Part shown: in pieces, positions 10,901-20,012 of the stretch
How positions within the stretch are numbered: the stretch's first letter is position 1
Layout: every line of letters starts with the position of its first letter
DNA from: Alphaproteobacteria bacterium
GTDB lineage: Bacteria > Pseudomonadota > Alphaproteobacteria > SP197
Length of the DNA: 64,000 nucleotides
Direction of reading: 5' to 3'
NCBI GenBank assembly: GCA_965228895.1
Contig: OZ245842.1
Coordinates: 4,736,001 to 4,800,000, forward strand
Position numbers and translations under genes: made by a program
Notes under the pieces: generated by a model
What the model saw: only the letters and a program-made list of their open reading frames with translations
What the model was told of the DNA's origin: nothing
Databases searched by the model: none

Positions 10901-11357
10901 ATCCGATCACGCCATCTATCTCACCGTGAACGATGTGGTGCGCGACGGCAGACGGCGGCCGTTCGAGATCTTCATCAATTCGAAGAACATGGACCACTAC
11001 GCCTGGACGCTCGGCCTGACGCGCATGATCAGCGCGGTCTTCCGGCGCGGCGGCGATGTTAGTTTCGTGGTCGAGGAACTGAAAGCCGTGTTCGACCCGC
11101 GCGGCGGCCAATGGGTCGACGGCCATTATGTGCCTTCGCTTCTGGCGGCCATTGGCGAGGTCATCGAGAAACACATGATCAACATCGGCTTCCTGCACGT
11201 CGAATCCGATGACTCGAACATCGAGATCCTGGCGCGCGCCGCCGGCGAGCACGGCGGCCGGTCACCGGAACTGTGTCCGCGCTGTAGCCAGCCTAGTCTA
11301 ATTCATCAGGAAGGCTGCAACCTCTGCACCTCCTGCGGTTTCTCGAAGTGCGCGTGA
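7917..11357 (+). CDS. nrdJ: Adenosylcobalamin-dependent (class II) ribonucleotide reductase with intein; C-terminal TSCPD-like domain and CxxC zinc ribbon
   Basis: PAGRILAGAG, TLFNCFV, GGGIGYDFS, RRGAMM, ATNP|CGEQPL, RRIGLG, SIAPTGTIS, SISKTIN, GCKGCTTYR, terminal CPRC...CTSCGFSKC. Confidence 0.96.
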   Translation: MSLSPTPIALQIWDMKYRLKAADGSAVDGSVEDSWRRVAAALAEVEPEGERQQRADDFYEAMSGFKYLPAGRILAGAGTDRNVTLFNCFVMGTIPDDMGGIFDHLKEAALTMQAGGGIGYDFSTLRPKGAPVKGVGADASGPLTFMDVWDAMCRTIMSAGHRRGAMMATMRCDHPDIEAFIDAKRDPGRLRMFNLSVLVTDDFMAAVKANDAWELTFDGVVFKTLSARELWDKIMHATYAYAEPGVIFIDRINRRNNLHYAETISATNPCVTAETWVQTADGPRQVQDLIGRPFRALVNGEAWPSGDAGFFVTGHKRVHRLRTKEGFTLDLTADHPVARVTERTRYRTEWAWTQATALEVGDEVVLNDHHSAAGWEGTGYSKHEGYLIGLLLGDGTLKEDKAVLSAWPGAMVANGGMERPGVVAIMAAAEEAARTLPHRADFQGWIDVPGRGEMRLALGALKTLARELGMAPGNKGVTPAIEQASSEFAAGFLRGLFDADGSVQGTQSKGVSIRLAQSSMDVLAAVQRMLIRLGIVSTIYRERRPAGPRPLPDGHGGAKLYDVAAQHELVISGENMTRFAEIIGFSDSDKAGRLAFLTANYRRRLNRERFVATIASLDELGEETVFDVQVPGINAFDANGLVVHNCGEQPLPPYGACLLGSVNLARLIQNPFDDDAALDEEALDRTVTTAVRMMDNVVEVSRFPLEAQRQEAEAKRRIGLGVTGLADALIMMQARYGSDRALELTEAWMARLRRAAYLASVELAKERGPFPLYERDAYMASETIQELDDDVRAAIAEHGIRNALVTSIAPTGTISLFADNVSSGLEPVFAFSYQRNVLMPDGSRKTEEVSDYAVRLYRRLKGNGGPLPDYFVDAQTLSPSDHVRMQAAVQKYVDSSISKTINCPEDMSFDDFKDIYLQAYETGCKGCTTYRPNEVTGAVLELKQDPPDEPRLPFEEPSSDKPADAFEAGGVVYMTRPLDRPEVLPGQTYKLRWPESDHAIYLTVNDVVRDGRRRPFEIFINSKNMDHYAWTLGLTRMISAVFRRGGDVSFVVEELKAVFDPRGGQWVDGHYVPSLLAAIGEVIEKHMINIGFLHVESDDSNIEILARAAGEHGGRSPELCPRCSQPSLIHQEGCNLCTSCGFSKCA
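8724..9851 (+). mobile_element. Intein with LAGLIDADG homing endonuclease (376 aa) inside nrdJ
   Basis: Starts C-VTAETWVQTADG, block B LTADHPV, endonuclease blocks YLIGLLLGDG and FLRGLFDADG, block F VFDVQV, ends NGLVVHN followed by Cys; removal restores ATNPCGEQPL. Confidence 0.96.
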
Positions 11358-11369
11358 GCGCCTAAGACA

Positions 11370-11705
11370 ATGTGGATCATGGTCGCCGGCCCCTACCGCT
11401 CCGGCGCGAAGGACGACACGGCTCGCGCCGCCAATCTCGAAGCGATGAACCGGGCAGCGCTGAATGTTTGGCGGCTCGGGCACGTGCCCGTGATTGGCGT
11501 CAACATGGCGCTACCGATGATCGAAGCAGCGGACGATGACTGCTACGACGACGTCATGACCCCGGTCTCCCTGGCGCTCGCTGAGCGCTGCGACGCGATC
11601 TTAAGGATTGGCGGCCCGTCAGGCGGCGCCGACAAGGAGGTCGACGTCATCCGCGCCATGGGCGGCCAAGTGTTTACCGATATCGCGGACGTGCCTAAGG
11701 CCTGA
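11370..11705 (+). CDS. DUF4406-like / nucleoside 2-deoxyribosyltransferase-fold small protein
   Basis: IMVAGPY, GHVPVIG, RCDAILRIGGPSGGADKE; 12 bp after nrdJ. Confidence 0.65.
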   Translation: MWIMVAGPYRSGAKDDTARAANLEAMNRAALNVWRLGHVPVIGVNMALPMIEAADDDCYDDVMTPVSLALAERCDAILRIGGPSGGADKEVDVIRAMGGQVFTDIADVPKA

Positions 11706-13088
11706 CTACGGCGTGGTCTCCGCGTAGAGGTCGCTTTCGACACCCAGGTAGCCATCCCAGGCGAACCAGTAGGCGATATGGCCGGGCACCCGCGCCAGGC
11801 GCGTGCCGTCTGGCCCGGTTAGCGCGTCTTCGCCGATCTGCCACACACCGTCCGATGCCGCGAGGTTTCCGGGGTCGTCGCTGGCGGTGAAGGTCCTGCC
11901 GTCTCTGTCATAGGCGCGCACGGTGCGTGTCGCGGCATCGCCGATCAAGACGACATCGCGCATGCCGACCGCGTCGTTGATGACCGCGCCGCCCTCGAAG
12001 GCTTTGATCGGCCAGGCCTTTGACGCCGCGACATTGCGGATGCCGAACACATAGTCTTTTTGACGCAGGTCTTCTTCGTCGACGAGCGCCGGGAACATCA
12101 GGTCCGGACTGGCGAAGTAGTCACTGTAAACGACACCGGAGCGATAATCGCGCAGGTGCCCGGTCTCAAGTGACAACACGCGGGTCTCGGGATTTTGTGT
12201 CTGCCAGTCCTGCCACGACGTGATGGTGACCGGGCGGATCTTGAGTTCGATACCACTGTCCAGCAACGGCCCGCTGACCGGTTTGCCGGTGAACTGGTTC
12301 CACAAGCTGTCGGTCTGGCGATCAAACATCAGCTTGTTGGACCGATAGAGAAATCCGGACGAACCGAACACGAAAGTTTCGTCATACCCTTCGACATCGG
12401 TTTCGAACAGGATGCCTGCGCCGCACAGGGTGCAATAGGCGAGCGCCACCGGCACACCGCCGATGACGTCGTTGAACATCTCGTGCCAGCCCATGATGCG
12501 CAGCGGATAGGCGCGGGCATCACCGTTGATCTCGACACCGAACACCAGGTCGTCGTCCTTGAGGTAGTCCGCTTCATCGGCCGCGATCAGGTCGGGGTTG
12601 TCGAGCGAGGGAATACCGTCGACGCGCACACCGCCCCAGGTGATCTCCTCGAACCGGATTGCCATGTTCTCCGGCAGCGAACGTTCGCCGCCGAGAAAAC
12701 GCAGGAAGGCGGGGTCGATGCTCTCGAAAACCTGAAGCTTGATGTCGCGGAAACTGGGATGGGGTTCGACCTCCGGGTGGGCCTGTTGCCACAGCATGGC
12801 ATCGAACCAGCCGTCGACCTCAGCGCCGGTCAGTGCCTCGAAGGCCGCGGGCAGGGTGGGATCGTCGCGCCAGAAACGCATGGCCAAGATCAGAACGGCC
12901 GCGGCATCGGGCTCGCCATGCTCAACGATGCGCTGCACGGCGAGCATACGGACCGGTGGCGGGCCGAAGATGAGGTCGTGACTGGCGCGATCGAGACCTT
13001 GGCCATCGGGCGCGGCCCTGGCCTGCCCGACACCGGCAACCAAACAAACGAGCGCGAGACCGCACAGCACACGGGCCGGTCTTCTCAT
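11706..13088 (-). CDS. DUF3179 domain exported protein (CxxC form)
   Basis: Signal peptide, WGGVRVDGIPSLDNP, ARAYPLRIMGWHEMFND, YCTLCG, FGSSGFLYRSNKLMFDRQTDSLWNQ; AGGAG RBS before ATG 13088. Confidence 0.85.
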   Translation of the reverse strand: MRRPARVLCGLALVCLVAGVGQARAAPDGQGLDRASHDLIFGPPPVRMLAVQRIVEHGEPDAAAVLILAMRFWRDDPTLPAAFEALTGAEVDGWFDAMLWQQAHPEVEPHPSFRDIKLQVFESIDPAFLRFLGGERSLPENMAIRFEEITWGGVRVDGIPSLDNPDLIAADEADYLKDDDLVFGVEINGDARAYPLRIMGWHEMFNDVIGGVPVALAYCTLCGAGILFETDVEGYDETFVFGSSGFLYRSNKLMFDRQTDSLWNQFTGKPVSGPLLDSGIELKIRPVTITSWQDWQTQNPETRVLSLETGHLRDYRSGVVYSDYFASPDLMFPALVDEEDLRQKDYVFGIRNVAASKAWPIKAFEGGAVINDAVGMRDVVLIGDAATRTVRAYDRDGRTFTASDDPGNLAASDGVWQIGEDALTGPDGTRLARVPGHIAYWFAWDGYLGVESDLYAETTP

Positions 13089-13098
13089 ACGGCAACTC

Positions 13099-13161
13099 CT
13101 AGAGCGGATCATGGTTAAGTGGAACCGTCTGTCGGTTCCACCAAATCAGGATCTGCTCTAG
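13099..13161. repeat. CTAG-ended palindromic intergenic element (single hairpin), related to 63743-63878
   Basis: ctagagcggatc-atggttaagtggaaccg/tctgt/cggttccaccaaatcag-gatctgctctag. Confidence 0.75.
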
Positions 13162-13245
13162 ACGCGATCCCACGGCAGAAGATGGCATGTCAGCGCCGCC
13201 GTTCCACCCCGTCTCACCGTGATGTGTTGCAGTGTGTAGGACGCG

Positions 13246-13938
13246 TCAGGCCGTGCGCCGGCCCTTCTTCTTCGGCTGTGCGGGACGCAGCAGCTTGAAC
13301 ACCGCCTGTTCGGCAAAGAGATTGGCCTGGCCGACCTGATCGCCGCGAATCAAGGTGACGTCCCGGTCTTTGGAAAGGCCGTAGCCGAGCTCAATTGTAA
13401 TGCCGAGGATCTTGGTCAGATCGACGAAGTCCCGGACCGTGCACGGATGGATGTTCTGCGTTTCGAACCAGGGGGTGGCAAGCGCGCGCGTGTGCGGCAT
13501 GCGCCCGCGCGACAGCACCGACATCCGCGCCTGCCACTGGCCGTAGTTCAGGAACGAAACGATAGCCGTGTCGGCGATCCGGAGCATCTGCAGCAAGACC
13601 TCGCGCGGTTTGCGCACCGCTTGCAAGGTCTGGCTCAAGATGACGTAGTCGAAGCTGTCATCGGGGTAATCGACCAGATGCCGGTCGGCATCGCCCTGCA
13701 CGGCCGACAGGCCGCGCGCGACGCAGGCGTTGACGCCCTTCTGCGAAATCTCCATGCCGCGCCCGTCGCAGCCCTTCTGGTTGACCAGATAGTCGAGCAA
13801 GGCGCCATCGCCGCAGCCGACGTCCATAAGCCGCGTCTCCGGTTCGATCATGCTGGCGACCAGCGCCAGGTCGGGCCTCAGACCAAACTCGTTATCGCCC
13901 AGGGTGAAACGGGACTTGGCGCCAACGAGTAGGCTCAT
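13246..13938 (-). CDS. metW: Methionine biosynthesis protein MetW
   Basis: [40 protein letters not shown]; overlaps metX. Confidence 0.92.
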   Translation of the reverse strand: MSLLVGAKSRFTLGDNEFGLRPDLALVASMIEPETRLMDVGCGDGALLDYLVNQKGCDGRGMEISQKGVNACVARGLSAVQGDADRHLVDYPDDSFDYVILSQTLQAVRKPREVLLQMLRIADTAIVSFLNYGQWQARMSVLSRGRMPHTRALATPWFETQNIHPCTVRDFVDLTKILGITIELGYGLSKDRDVTLIRGDQVGQANLFAEQAVFKLLRPAQPKKKGRRTA

Positions 13939-15107
13939 GACTCGCCGTCCCGGGGGCAATGCCGCGCGACGCTGCCCAGGAATCCATCGACGATCTCGAA
14001 CAGCTCGGGCTCGTCGAGCAGAAAGGCGTCATGGCCGCGCTCGGATTCGATTTCGACGAAACTCACGTTCGCGGCGGCACGGTTCAGGGCGCGCACGACT
14101 TCTTTGCTTTCGCTGGTCGGAAACAGCCAGTCGCTGGTGAAGCTGACCAGAAGGAAACGCACATCGGTTTCGTGATAGGCGCGCGCGAGATCGCGGTCGA
14201 ACTCCGCCTCCAGGTCGAAGTAGTCCATGGCGCGGGTGATGTAGAGATAGGCGTTGGCGTCGAACCGATCGACGAAACTGGCGCCCTGGTAACGCAGATA
14301 ACTCTCGACCTGGAAATCCGCGTCGAAGCCGTAGGACTTCGAGGCGCGGTCCTGCAGGCTGCGGCCGAACTTGCTCCACAGCGCGGGTTCGGAGAGATAG
14401 GTGATGTGCGCGGCCATGCGCGCGACCGACAGGCCGGCCTCCGGGCGCTTGCCTTCGTTGTAATAGAAGCCGCGACACCAATCGGGATCGGCCATGATGG
14501 CTTGGCGCCCGACCTCGTGAAACGCGATGTTCTGGGCCGAATGGCGCGCGGCGCCGGCAATCGAGACGGCGCTCGCAATGCGATCGCCATGATAGGCCGC
14601 CCAGGCGAGCACCTGCATGGCGCCCATCGAACCGCCGATGACACACATCACACGGCTGATGCCAAGTTCCTCCAACAGCATGCGCTGGACCTCGACCATG
14701 TCGCGGATGGTGATGACCGGGAAGCTCAGCCCATAGAGTTCGCCGGTCTCGGGATCGATCGCGGCGGGGCCGGTGGTGCCCATGCAGCCGCCCAGGCAAT
14801 TCGGGCAGATGACGAAATAGCGGTCGGTGTCGATCGGTTTGCCGGGGCCGACCATCAGTTCCCACCAGCCGGACTTGCCGGTCACCGGATGACTGCCGAT
14901 GACAAACTGGTCGCCGGTCAAGGCATGGCAGATCAAGACGACGTTGGATTTGTCGGCGTTGAGTTCGCCCCAGGTCTGGTAGGCAACGGTCACCGGACCC
15001 AGCATGGCGCCCGATTCCAGACGAATCGGCGCCCCGTCGTTCAGCACGGCGCGCGGCCCGGGCAGGTCTTCCTGAAGCGTATGGACGGCGGCGACCGTCT
15101 GTTTCAT
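13935..15107 (-). CDS. metX: Homoserine O-acetyltransferase
   Basis: [46 protein letters not shown]. Confidence 0.95.
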   Translation of the reverse strand: MKQTVAAVHTLQEDLPGPRAVLNDGAPIRLESGAMLGPVTVAYQTWGELNADKSNVVLICHALTGDQFVIGSHPVTGKSGWWELMVGPGKPIDTDRYFVICPNCLGGCMGTTGPAAIDPETGELYGLSFPVITIRDMVEVQRMLLEELGISRVMCVIGGSMGAMQVLAWAAYHGDRIASAVSIAGAARHSAQNIAFHEVGRQAIMADPDWCRGFYYNEGKRPEAGLSVARMAAHITYLSEPALWSKFGRSLQDRASKSYGFDADFQVESYLRYQGASFVDRFDANAYLYITRAMDYFDLEAEFDRDLARAYHETDVRFLLVSFTSDWLFPTSESKEVVRALNRAAANVSFVEIESERGHDAFLLDEPELFEIVDGFLGSVARHCPRDGES

Positions 15108-15173
15108 GGGCGTTAGCCCCGCAATGGTTTCAGCCGATTGGCGCGTCAGTCTCGCTGGCGGCGGAGCAGCCGT

Positions 15174-15202
15174 TAGCTAGGCACCGCCCCCATCTATGTC
15201 AA
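15174..15202 (-). promoter_or_regulatory. Putative sigma70 promoter of metX
   Basis: Minus strand TTGACA-N17-TAGCTA. Confidence 0.4.
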
Positions 15203-15276
15203 TGTTTTCTTTGATTTTCCAGAGAAGCCTACGCTATCAGTATCGGCTTCCCAGGGCAGCCGGACAACTGACGCCC

Positions 15277-16092
15277 ATGTGCGCCGCTGAAAAATCGCTG
15301 GCGGACCTGCGTCGCGAAATCGACGCGGTCGACGACCAGATGCATGATTTGATCATACGTCGCGCCGAGTTGACGCTTGGTGTCAAGGCGGCGAAGGCGC
15401 GCGCGAACAACCACGTCTATCTGCGACTGGGACGCGAAGCCCAGATCCTGCGCCGGCTGGCAGCGCGCCACAGCGGCAACTACCCGCTCGGCGCCCTCGT
15501 GCGTATCTGGCGCGAGGTGCTGTGCGCGCAGATCCCCGTCCAGGGCCCGTTCGAGATCGCGGTCGCGACAACCGGTGATATCGGTCTGTGGGATACAGCG
15601 CGCGACCATTTCGGCTCGAATACCGCCATGCATGGCTACGACACGAGCGAAGCCGCCCTGGACGCCGTCACCGATGGCAGCGCGACCCTTGCCGTTCTGC
15701 CTGAACCCACAGCCGATGCCGGCTGGTGGCCCCATTTGATGGCGGCAGCGGGACCGCTGATTCTGATGAAGCTGCCCTTCATTGCCATGGAGCGCCGCGA
15801 CGTGGTGCCGACGACAGCTTACGTCGTCGGTCTAGTGCCGTCGGAACCGAGCGATGACGATGTCACGGTCATCGTCTCTCGCGCCGCCGATGATCTGGGC
15901 CCGGCGCTCCACGGCCTCGACATGGAGCCGCATGTGTTGCGTTCCTGGCCCGGGCTCGCCGTGGCCGAGGTGGCGGGTTTCCTGACCGCCGATGACGACC
16001 GCGTGCGAGCCCTGCAACAAGCCTGCGCCGATGCGACCATTCTGGGCGCCTACCCCGTCCCCCTGACTCCGTTTGCCGGAGACGCCTCATGA
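15277..16092 (+). CDS. pheA: Chorismate mutase (with degenerate prephenate-dehydratase-like C-terminus)
   Basis: LADLRREIDAVDDQMHDLIIRRA, REAQILRRL, ARDHFG, LGAYPVP; upstream of hisC-tyrA. Confidence 0.8.
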   Translation: MCAAEKSLADLRREIDAVDDQMHDLIIRRAELTLGVKAAKARANNHVYLRLGREAQILRRLAARHSGNYPLGALVRIWREVLCAQIPVQGPFEIAVATTGDIGLWDTARDHFGSNTAMHGYDTSEAALDAVTDGSATLAVLPEPTADAGWWPHLMAAAGPLILMKLPFIAMERRDVVPTTAYVVGLVPSEPSDDDVTVIVSRAADDLGPALHGLDMEPHVLRSWPGLAVAEVAGFLTADDDRVRALQQACADATILGAYPVPLTPFAGDAS

Positions 16093-17186
16093 CCGCGCCG
16101 ACACCGCGACCCGGCATCATGGAGATCAGTCCCTATGTGCCGGGCAAGAGCGGCCCGGCCGACGGCGACGATCGTCCGGTGATCAAGCTTTCTTCCAACG
16201 AATCGGCCCTGGGGCCGAGCCCCAAGGCTGTCGAAGCTGCCAAGGCGGCGGCCGAGACCATGGTGCGCTACCCCGATGGCGGCGCGACCGCGTTGCGTGA
16301 GGCGATTGGCGCCCATCACGGCCTTGACCCCGCGCGGATCATCTGCGGTGCGGGTTCCGATGAACTGCTCGAAATGATCCCGCGCGCCTATGCCGGCACC
16401 GGCGACGAGGTGCTGTTCAGTCAGTACGGCTTCGCCATGTATCCGATTGCGACCCACGCGGTCGGCGCCACGCCGGTGACGGCACCGGAGACCGACTATC
16501 ACACCGATGTCGACGCCATGCTGGATCGGGTCAGCGAACGCACGAAGATCGTGTTCCTGGCCAACCCGAACAATCCGACCGGCAGCTATATCGGCCGCGA
16601 TCAGGTTCACCGCCTGCGCGCCGGCCTGCCGGACGACGTTCTTCTGGTCCTGGATTCCGCCTATGCGGAGTTTGTCGACCACGACGACTACAGCGCCGGG
16701 CGTGAACTGGTCGATGTCGGCGAGAACACGGTGATGACGCGGACGTTTTCGAAGATCTACGCGCTCGCCGGTCTGCGTATCGGCTGGCTCTATGGCCCGC
16801 CGGCGATCGTCGACGTGTTGAACCGCATCCGCTCGCCGTTCAACGTCTCCGCTGTCGCCATCGCCGCCGCGACCGCCGCCATCGACGACCACGAGCACGT
16901 GGCGCAAGCGCGCGAACACAACAGGTTATGGCTGCCGCGCCTGACCCAGTCGCTACGCGGCCTGGGCCTTACCGTTCATCCCAGCGTGGTGAACTTCTTG
17001 CTGGTTCAGTTCCCTGGCGGCGAAGCACAGGCCAAAGCGGCCGAGGACTTCCTGGCCGCGCGGCGCATCTTTGTCCGCAACCTCGTCGCCTACGGCCTGC
17101 CCGATTGCCTGCGCATCAATCTGGGCCTGGATCACGAGATGGCCGCCCTGATCGATGCGCTCGGCGACTTCATGGAGAACGCATGA
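16089..17186 (+). CDS. hisC: Histidinol-phosphate aminotransferase
   Basis: KLSSNES, RYPD, GAGSDELL, ANPNNPTG, DSAYAEF, RTFSKIYALAGLRIGW. Confidence 0.95.
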   Translation: MTAPTPRPGIMEISPYVPGKSGPADGDDRPVIKLSSNESALGPSPKAVEAAKAAAETMVRYPDGGATALREAIGAHHGLDPARIICGAGSDELLEMIPRAYAGTGDEVLFSQYGFAMYPIATHAVGATPVTAPETDYHTDVDAMLDRVSERTKIVFLANPNNPTGSYIGRDQVHRLRAGLPDDVLLVLDSAYAEFVDHDDYSAGRELVDVGENTVMTRTFSKIYALAGLRIGWLYGPPAIVDVLNRIRSPFNVSAVAIAAATAAIDDHEHVAQAREHNRLWLPRLTQSLRGLGLTVHPSVVNFLLVQFPGGEAQAKAAEDFLAARRIFVRNLVAYGLPDCLRINLGLDHEMAALIDALGDFMENA

Positions 17187-18070
17187 GCGACGAACCCATG
17201 TTCGACACCGTCTGCCTGATCGGCATCGGTCTGATTGGCTCTTCCCTGGCCCGGGTCATGCGCCGCGATGGTCTGGCGCGCCATGTCATCGCCTGCGCGC
17301 GCACCGACGAGACGCTGGCCAAGGTGGCCGAACTCGACCTGGCCGACGAAACGTCCAAGGATTTGGGCAAGGCGGTTGAGAACGCGGACCTCGTCGTCAT
17401 CTCGACGCCCATCGGCACCAATGGCGCGATTGCCGAGACCATCGCCCCGCATTTGAAACCGGGCGCCATCGTGACCGATGTCGGCTCGGTCAAACAGGCG
17501 GTCATCGCCGCTGTCGGCCCGCACATCCCCGAAGGCGTTCACTTCGTGCCCGGCCATCCGCTGGCGGGCACGGAAAACACCGGCCCCGAGGCTGGCTTTG
17601 CTGAATTGTTCGAAGGCCGCTGGTGCGTCCTGACGCCTGACGAAAAGACCGATTCCGACGCGGTCGACAAGGTCGCCGAGCTGTGGCACCGCGCCGGATC
17701 GAAGGTCGACATGATGGATGCCGAACACCATGACTGGGTGCTTGCCCTGACGTCGCATCTGCCGACCCTGATCGCTTTCAATATCGTCGGCACGGTGGCG
17801 GATCTCGAAGACAGCACCAAGCAGGAGGTCATCAAGTATTCGGCCACCGGCTTCCGCGACTTCACCCGCATCGCCGCCCAGGACCCCGTCATGTGGCGCG
17901 ACGTTTACCTGAACAACCGCGAGGCCGTCCTGGACATGCTGCAGCGATTCAGCGAGGACCTGTCGCGCCTGCAACGCGCCATCCGCTGGGGCGAAGCCGA
18001 CATGCTGGAAGACCTGTTCCGCCGCAGCCGCGACGTGCGCCGCAACATCATCGACGCCGGTCAGGCGTAG
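17183..18070 (+). CDS. tyrA: Prephenate/arogenate (cyclohexadienyl) dehydrogenase
   Basis: GIGLIGSS, TDVGSVK, GHPLAGTE, HD..LALTSHLP, GFRDFTRIA; ATGA overlap with hisC. Confidence 0.93.
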   Translation: MSDEPMFDTVCLIGIGLIGSSLARVMRRDGLARHVIACARTDETLAKVAELDLADETSKDLGKAVENADLVVISTPIGTNGAIAETIAPHLKPGAIVTDVGSVKQAVIAAVGPHIPEGVHFVPGHPLAGTENTGPEAGFAELFEGRWCVLTPDEKTDSDAVDKVAELWHRAGSKVDMMDAEHHDWVLALTSHLPTLIAFNIVGTVADLEDSTKQEVIKYSATGFRDFTRIAAQDPVMWRDVYLNNREAVLDMLQRFSEDLSRLQRAIRWGEADMLEDLFRRSRDVRRNIIDAGQA

Positions 18071-18092
18071 CGTTTTTTCTTTAGTTGCGGCA

Positions 18093-18194
18093 CCGGCCCA
18101 CTCCCCCGCCTCCGGGGCAAAACGCCGAAAGGCGTTTTCGCCGAGGCCACCCCGAGGATGCTGCCATGGGTGGCCGGGCGGGGGAGTGGGCCGG
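18093..18194. repeat. GC-rich REP-like hairpin, copy A (carries an extra internal GAAA-capped hairpin)
   Basis: ccggcccactcccccgcc-[insert]-ggccaccc-cgaggatgctgccat-gggtggcc-g-ggcgggggagtgggccgg between convergent tyrA and DUF2125 genes. Confidence 0.85.
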
Positions 18195-18207
18195 CAAGGT
18201 CAGCGCC

Positions 18208-19236
18208 CTAAAGCAACATATCCGGCGGCAGCACGGGCGGTACCGGCATCAGCGGCACCGGGCCGACAAAGAGCGTACCGTTCTGAACGGTGACCGGCAC
18301 GCTCAGCCGCCGTTCGCCCGTCTCCGCGTCCTGGTCGGCCATGACATCCAGGACGGTCGAGGCGATCGACGCCTGATTGCGTGAGACCGACCCGACATCG
18401 ACGAGGGCGTCGATCAGATCGTTGTAACCGACAATGTCGGCGGTAAAGGCGCCGACCGGGCGAAACCCCTGATCGACGGCCACGGTGCCGTCGGCCTCGA
18501 TATCGAGCGGCGGCCAATCGAGCTTGAACGACAGGACATCCAGCACGCCACCGGTATCGCGCCAGACCGCGAGGCGGTCGCGCACCGGCCCACCGGACGG
18601 CACGGCGCCGGTTAAGCGCAAGGCGGCCGCCAGAAACGGCACCTCGCCGGAAAACGGCTCGGGCATACGCGCCACAAATCCCAGATCGTCAATCTGAACG
18701 AACAGATCGTGCGCCTGGCCACCATCGACCTGCTCGGCTTCGACCAGGATCCGGCCAGCGGTAATCGGCGCCTGGTTCTGTTCGACGGTGATAACAGCGT
18801 CCAGTGTCTCCGTTGTGACCTTGCTCGCGCGACCGTTGAATATCTCGACCTGACCGAGCGCTTTCGAGGACTGCACCAGCACCATGCGCGGCTGGTCGCC
18901 GGCGTTGATGTAGATGCGCTGCTCCTCCGGCAGATCGAGCTGGATACGGTCGAACTCCCAGGGAAGATACCGTGCGACCAGCCAGGCGCCGGACCAGGTC
19001 GCCGCCTGGCCTTCGCCGTGCCAGACGATCTCCGGCGTCGTAATCCGGATGTTCATGCCGAACGGAAAACCCGAGACCTCGGTGGCCGCATAGGTCGCGT
19101 GCCAATCCTTGTCGGGCTCGATCGCGGCCCAGGCGGCGATCCAATCCTCGGACCGCCCGGCCAGGACAAACCAGAACACGGTATAGGCGACGGCCAAAAG
19201 GACCAGAACGGCGATAGGCCATTTCAAGAAGCGCAT
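18208..19236 (-). CDS. DUF2125 domain protein
   Basis: N-terminal TM with YTVFWF, VSGFPF, WRDTGG, C-terminal GTLFVGPVPL. Confidence 0.8.
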   Translation of the reverse strand: MRFLKWPIAVLVLLAVAYTVFWFVLAGRSEDWIAAWAAIEPDKDWHATYAATEVSGFPFGMNIRITTPEIVWHGEGQAATWSGAWLVARYLPWEFDRIQLDLPEEQRIYINAGDQPRMVLVQSSKALGQVEIFNGRASKVTTETLDAVITVEQNQAPITAGRILVEAEQVDGGQAHDLFVQIDDLGFVARMPEPFSGEVPFLAAALRLTGAVPSGGPVRDRLAVWRDTGGVLDVLSFKLDWPPLDIEADGTVAVDQGFRPVGAFTADIVGYNDLIDALVDVGSVSRNQASIASTVLDVMADQDAETGERRLSVPVTVQNGTLFVGPVPLMPVPPVLPPDMLL

Positions 19237-19317
19237 GGCTCCTTATATCCTGCCGCCCCCTTGCCCGCGACCATCATCAGCCTTATGTGGCGTGGCACAT
19301 GCCTGGGACTAGGGGAC

Positions 19318-19881
19318 ATGACCGATCGTTGGACTGAGCCGAACGGCGACATATGGGTCTTCGGCTACGGCTCGCTGATCTGGCGGCCGGGCTTTGACTA
19401 TGTCCTGCGCCGACAGGCGCTGATCCACGGCTATCACCGGTCATTCTGTATCTTTTCCCACTATCACCGCGGCACGCCGGAAAAGCCCGGATTGGTGCTC
19501 GGCCTGGACCGTGGGGGGTCGTGCCGGGGCGTCGTCTATCGGGTTACCGCCCAGAATGCATCCGGTGTGATCGACTACCTGGACGCGCGCGAACGGGTCA
19601 CCGACGTCTATCACCAGGCATGGGTGGCGGCGAAAACCGACCACGGGACAGTCAAGGCGCTGGCCTATGTGCCGCGCTATCGCACCCACCCGCAATATGC
19701 CGGCAAGCTGGAACCGGAGCGCGCCGCCGATCTGATCGCCCACGGTGTCGGCAATTCAGGTCCCGGCTGGGAATACCTGGAGCACACCGTCAACCATCTG
19801 GACGAACTGGGCATCCGTGATCGGAGCCTGGCGGACCTGCATCAGCGGGTCAGGACGATTCGCAGCCGAAGACGGCGGTAA
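19318..19881 (+). CDS. ChaC-family gamma-glutamylcyclotransferase
   Basis: WVFGYGSLIW, HRGTPEKPGLVLGLDRGGSC, YLDARE, GNSGPGWEYL. Confidence 0.9.
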   Translation: MTDRWTEPNGDIWVFGYGSLIWRPGFDYVLRRQALIHGYHRSFCIFSHYHRGTPEKPGLVLGLDRGGSCRGVVYRVTAQNASGVIDYLDARERVTDVYHQAWVAAKTDHGTVKALAYVPRYRTHPQYAGKLEPERAADLIAHGVGNSGPGWEYLEHTVNHLDELGIRDRSLADLHQRVRTIRSRRRR

Positions 19882-19917
19882 CCGCTGGCCTGGAAGGCCA
19901 ACGCTTAGCTGGCATCA

Positions 19918-19986
19918 CCGGCCCGCTCCCCCTCCCGGCCACCCATGGCAGTATCCTCTGGGTGGCCGGGAGGGGGAGCGGGCCGG
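19918..19986. repeat. GC-rich REP-like hairpin, copy B (opposite orientation)
   Basis: Perfect 27-bp arms ccggcccgctccccctcccggccaccc / gggtggccgggagggggagcgggccgg with 15-nt loop atggcagtatcctct. Confidence 0.9.
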
Positions 19987-20012
19987 CACCGATTGCGCGT
20001 GAGCAAAGCTAC

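Noticed and set aside
11706-13088. Selenoprotein form of DUF3179
   Set aside because: Motif is CxxC (YCTLCG) with no in-frame TGA
15108-15170. SAM-II riboswitch upstream of metX
   Set aside because: Only scattered words (gctga, aacc, attgc, gctaa) match; the stem and pseudoknot cannot be formed convincingly
18093-18194. tRNA or plain rho-independent terminator explanation for the GC hairpins
   Set aside because: No cloverleaf or T-loop motif; stems are much longer than typical terminators, lack adjacent U tracts and share a conserved loop
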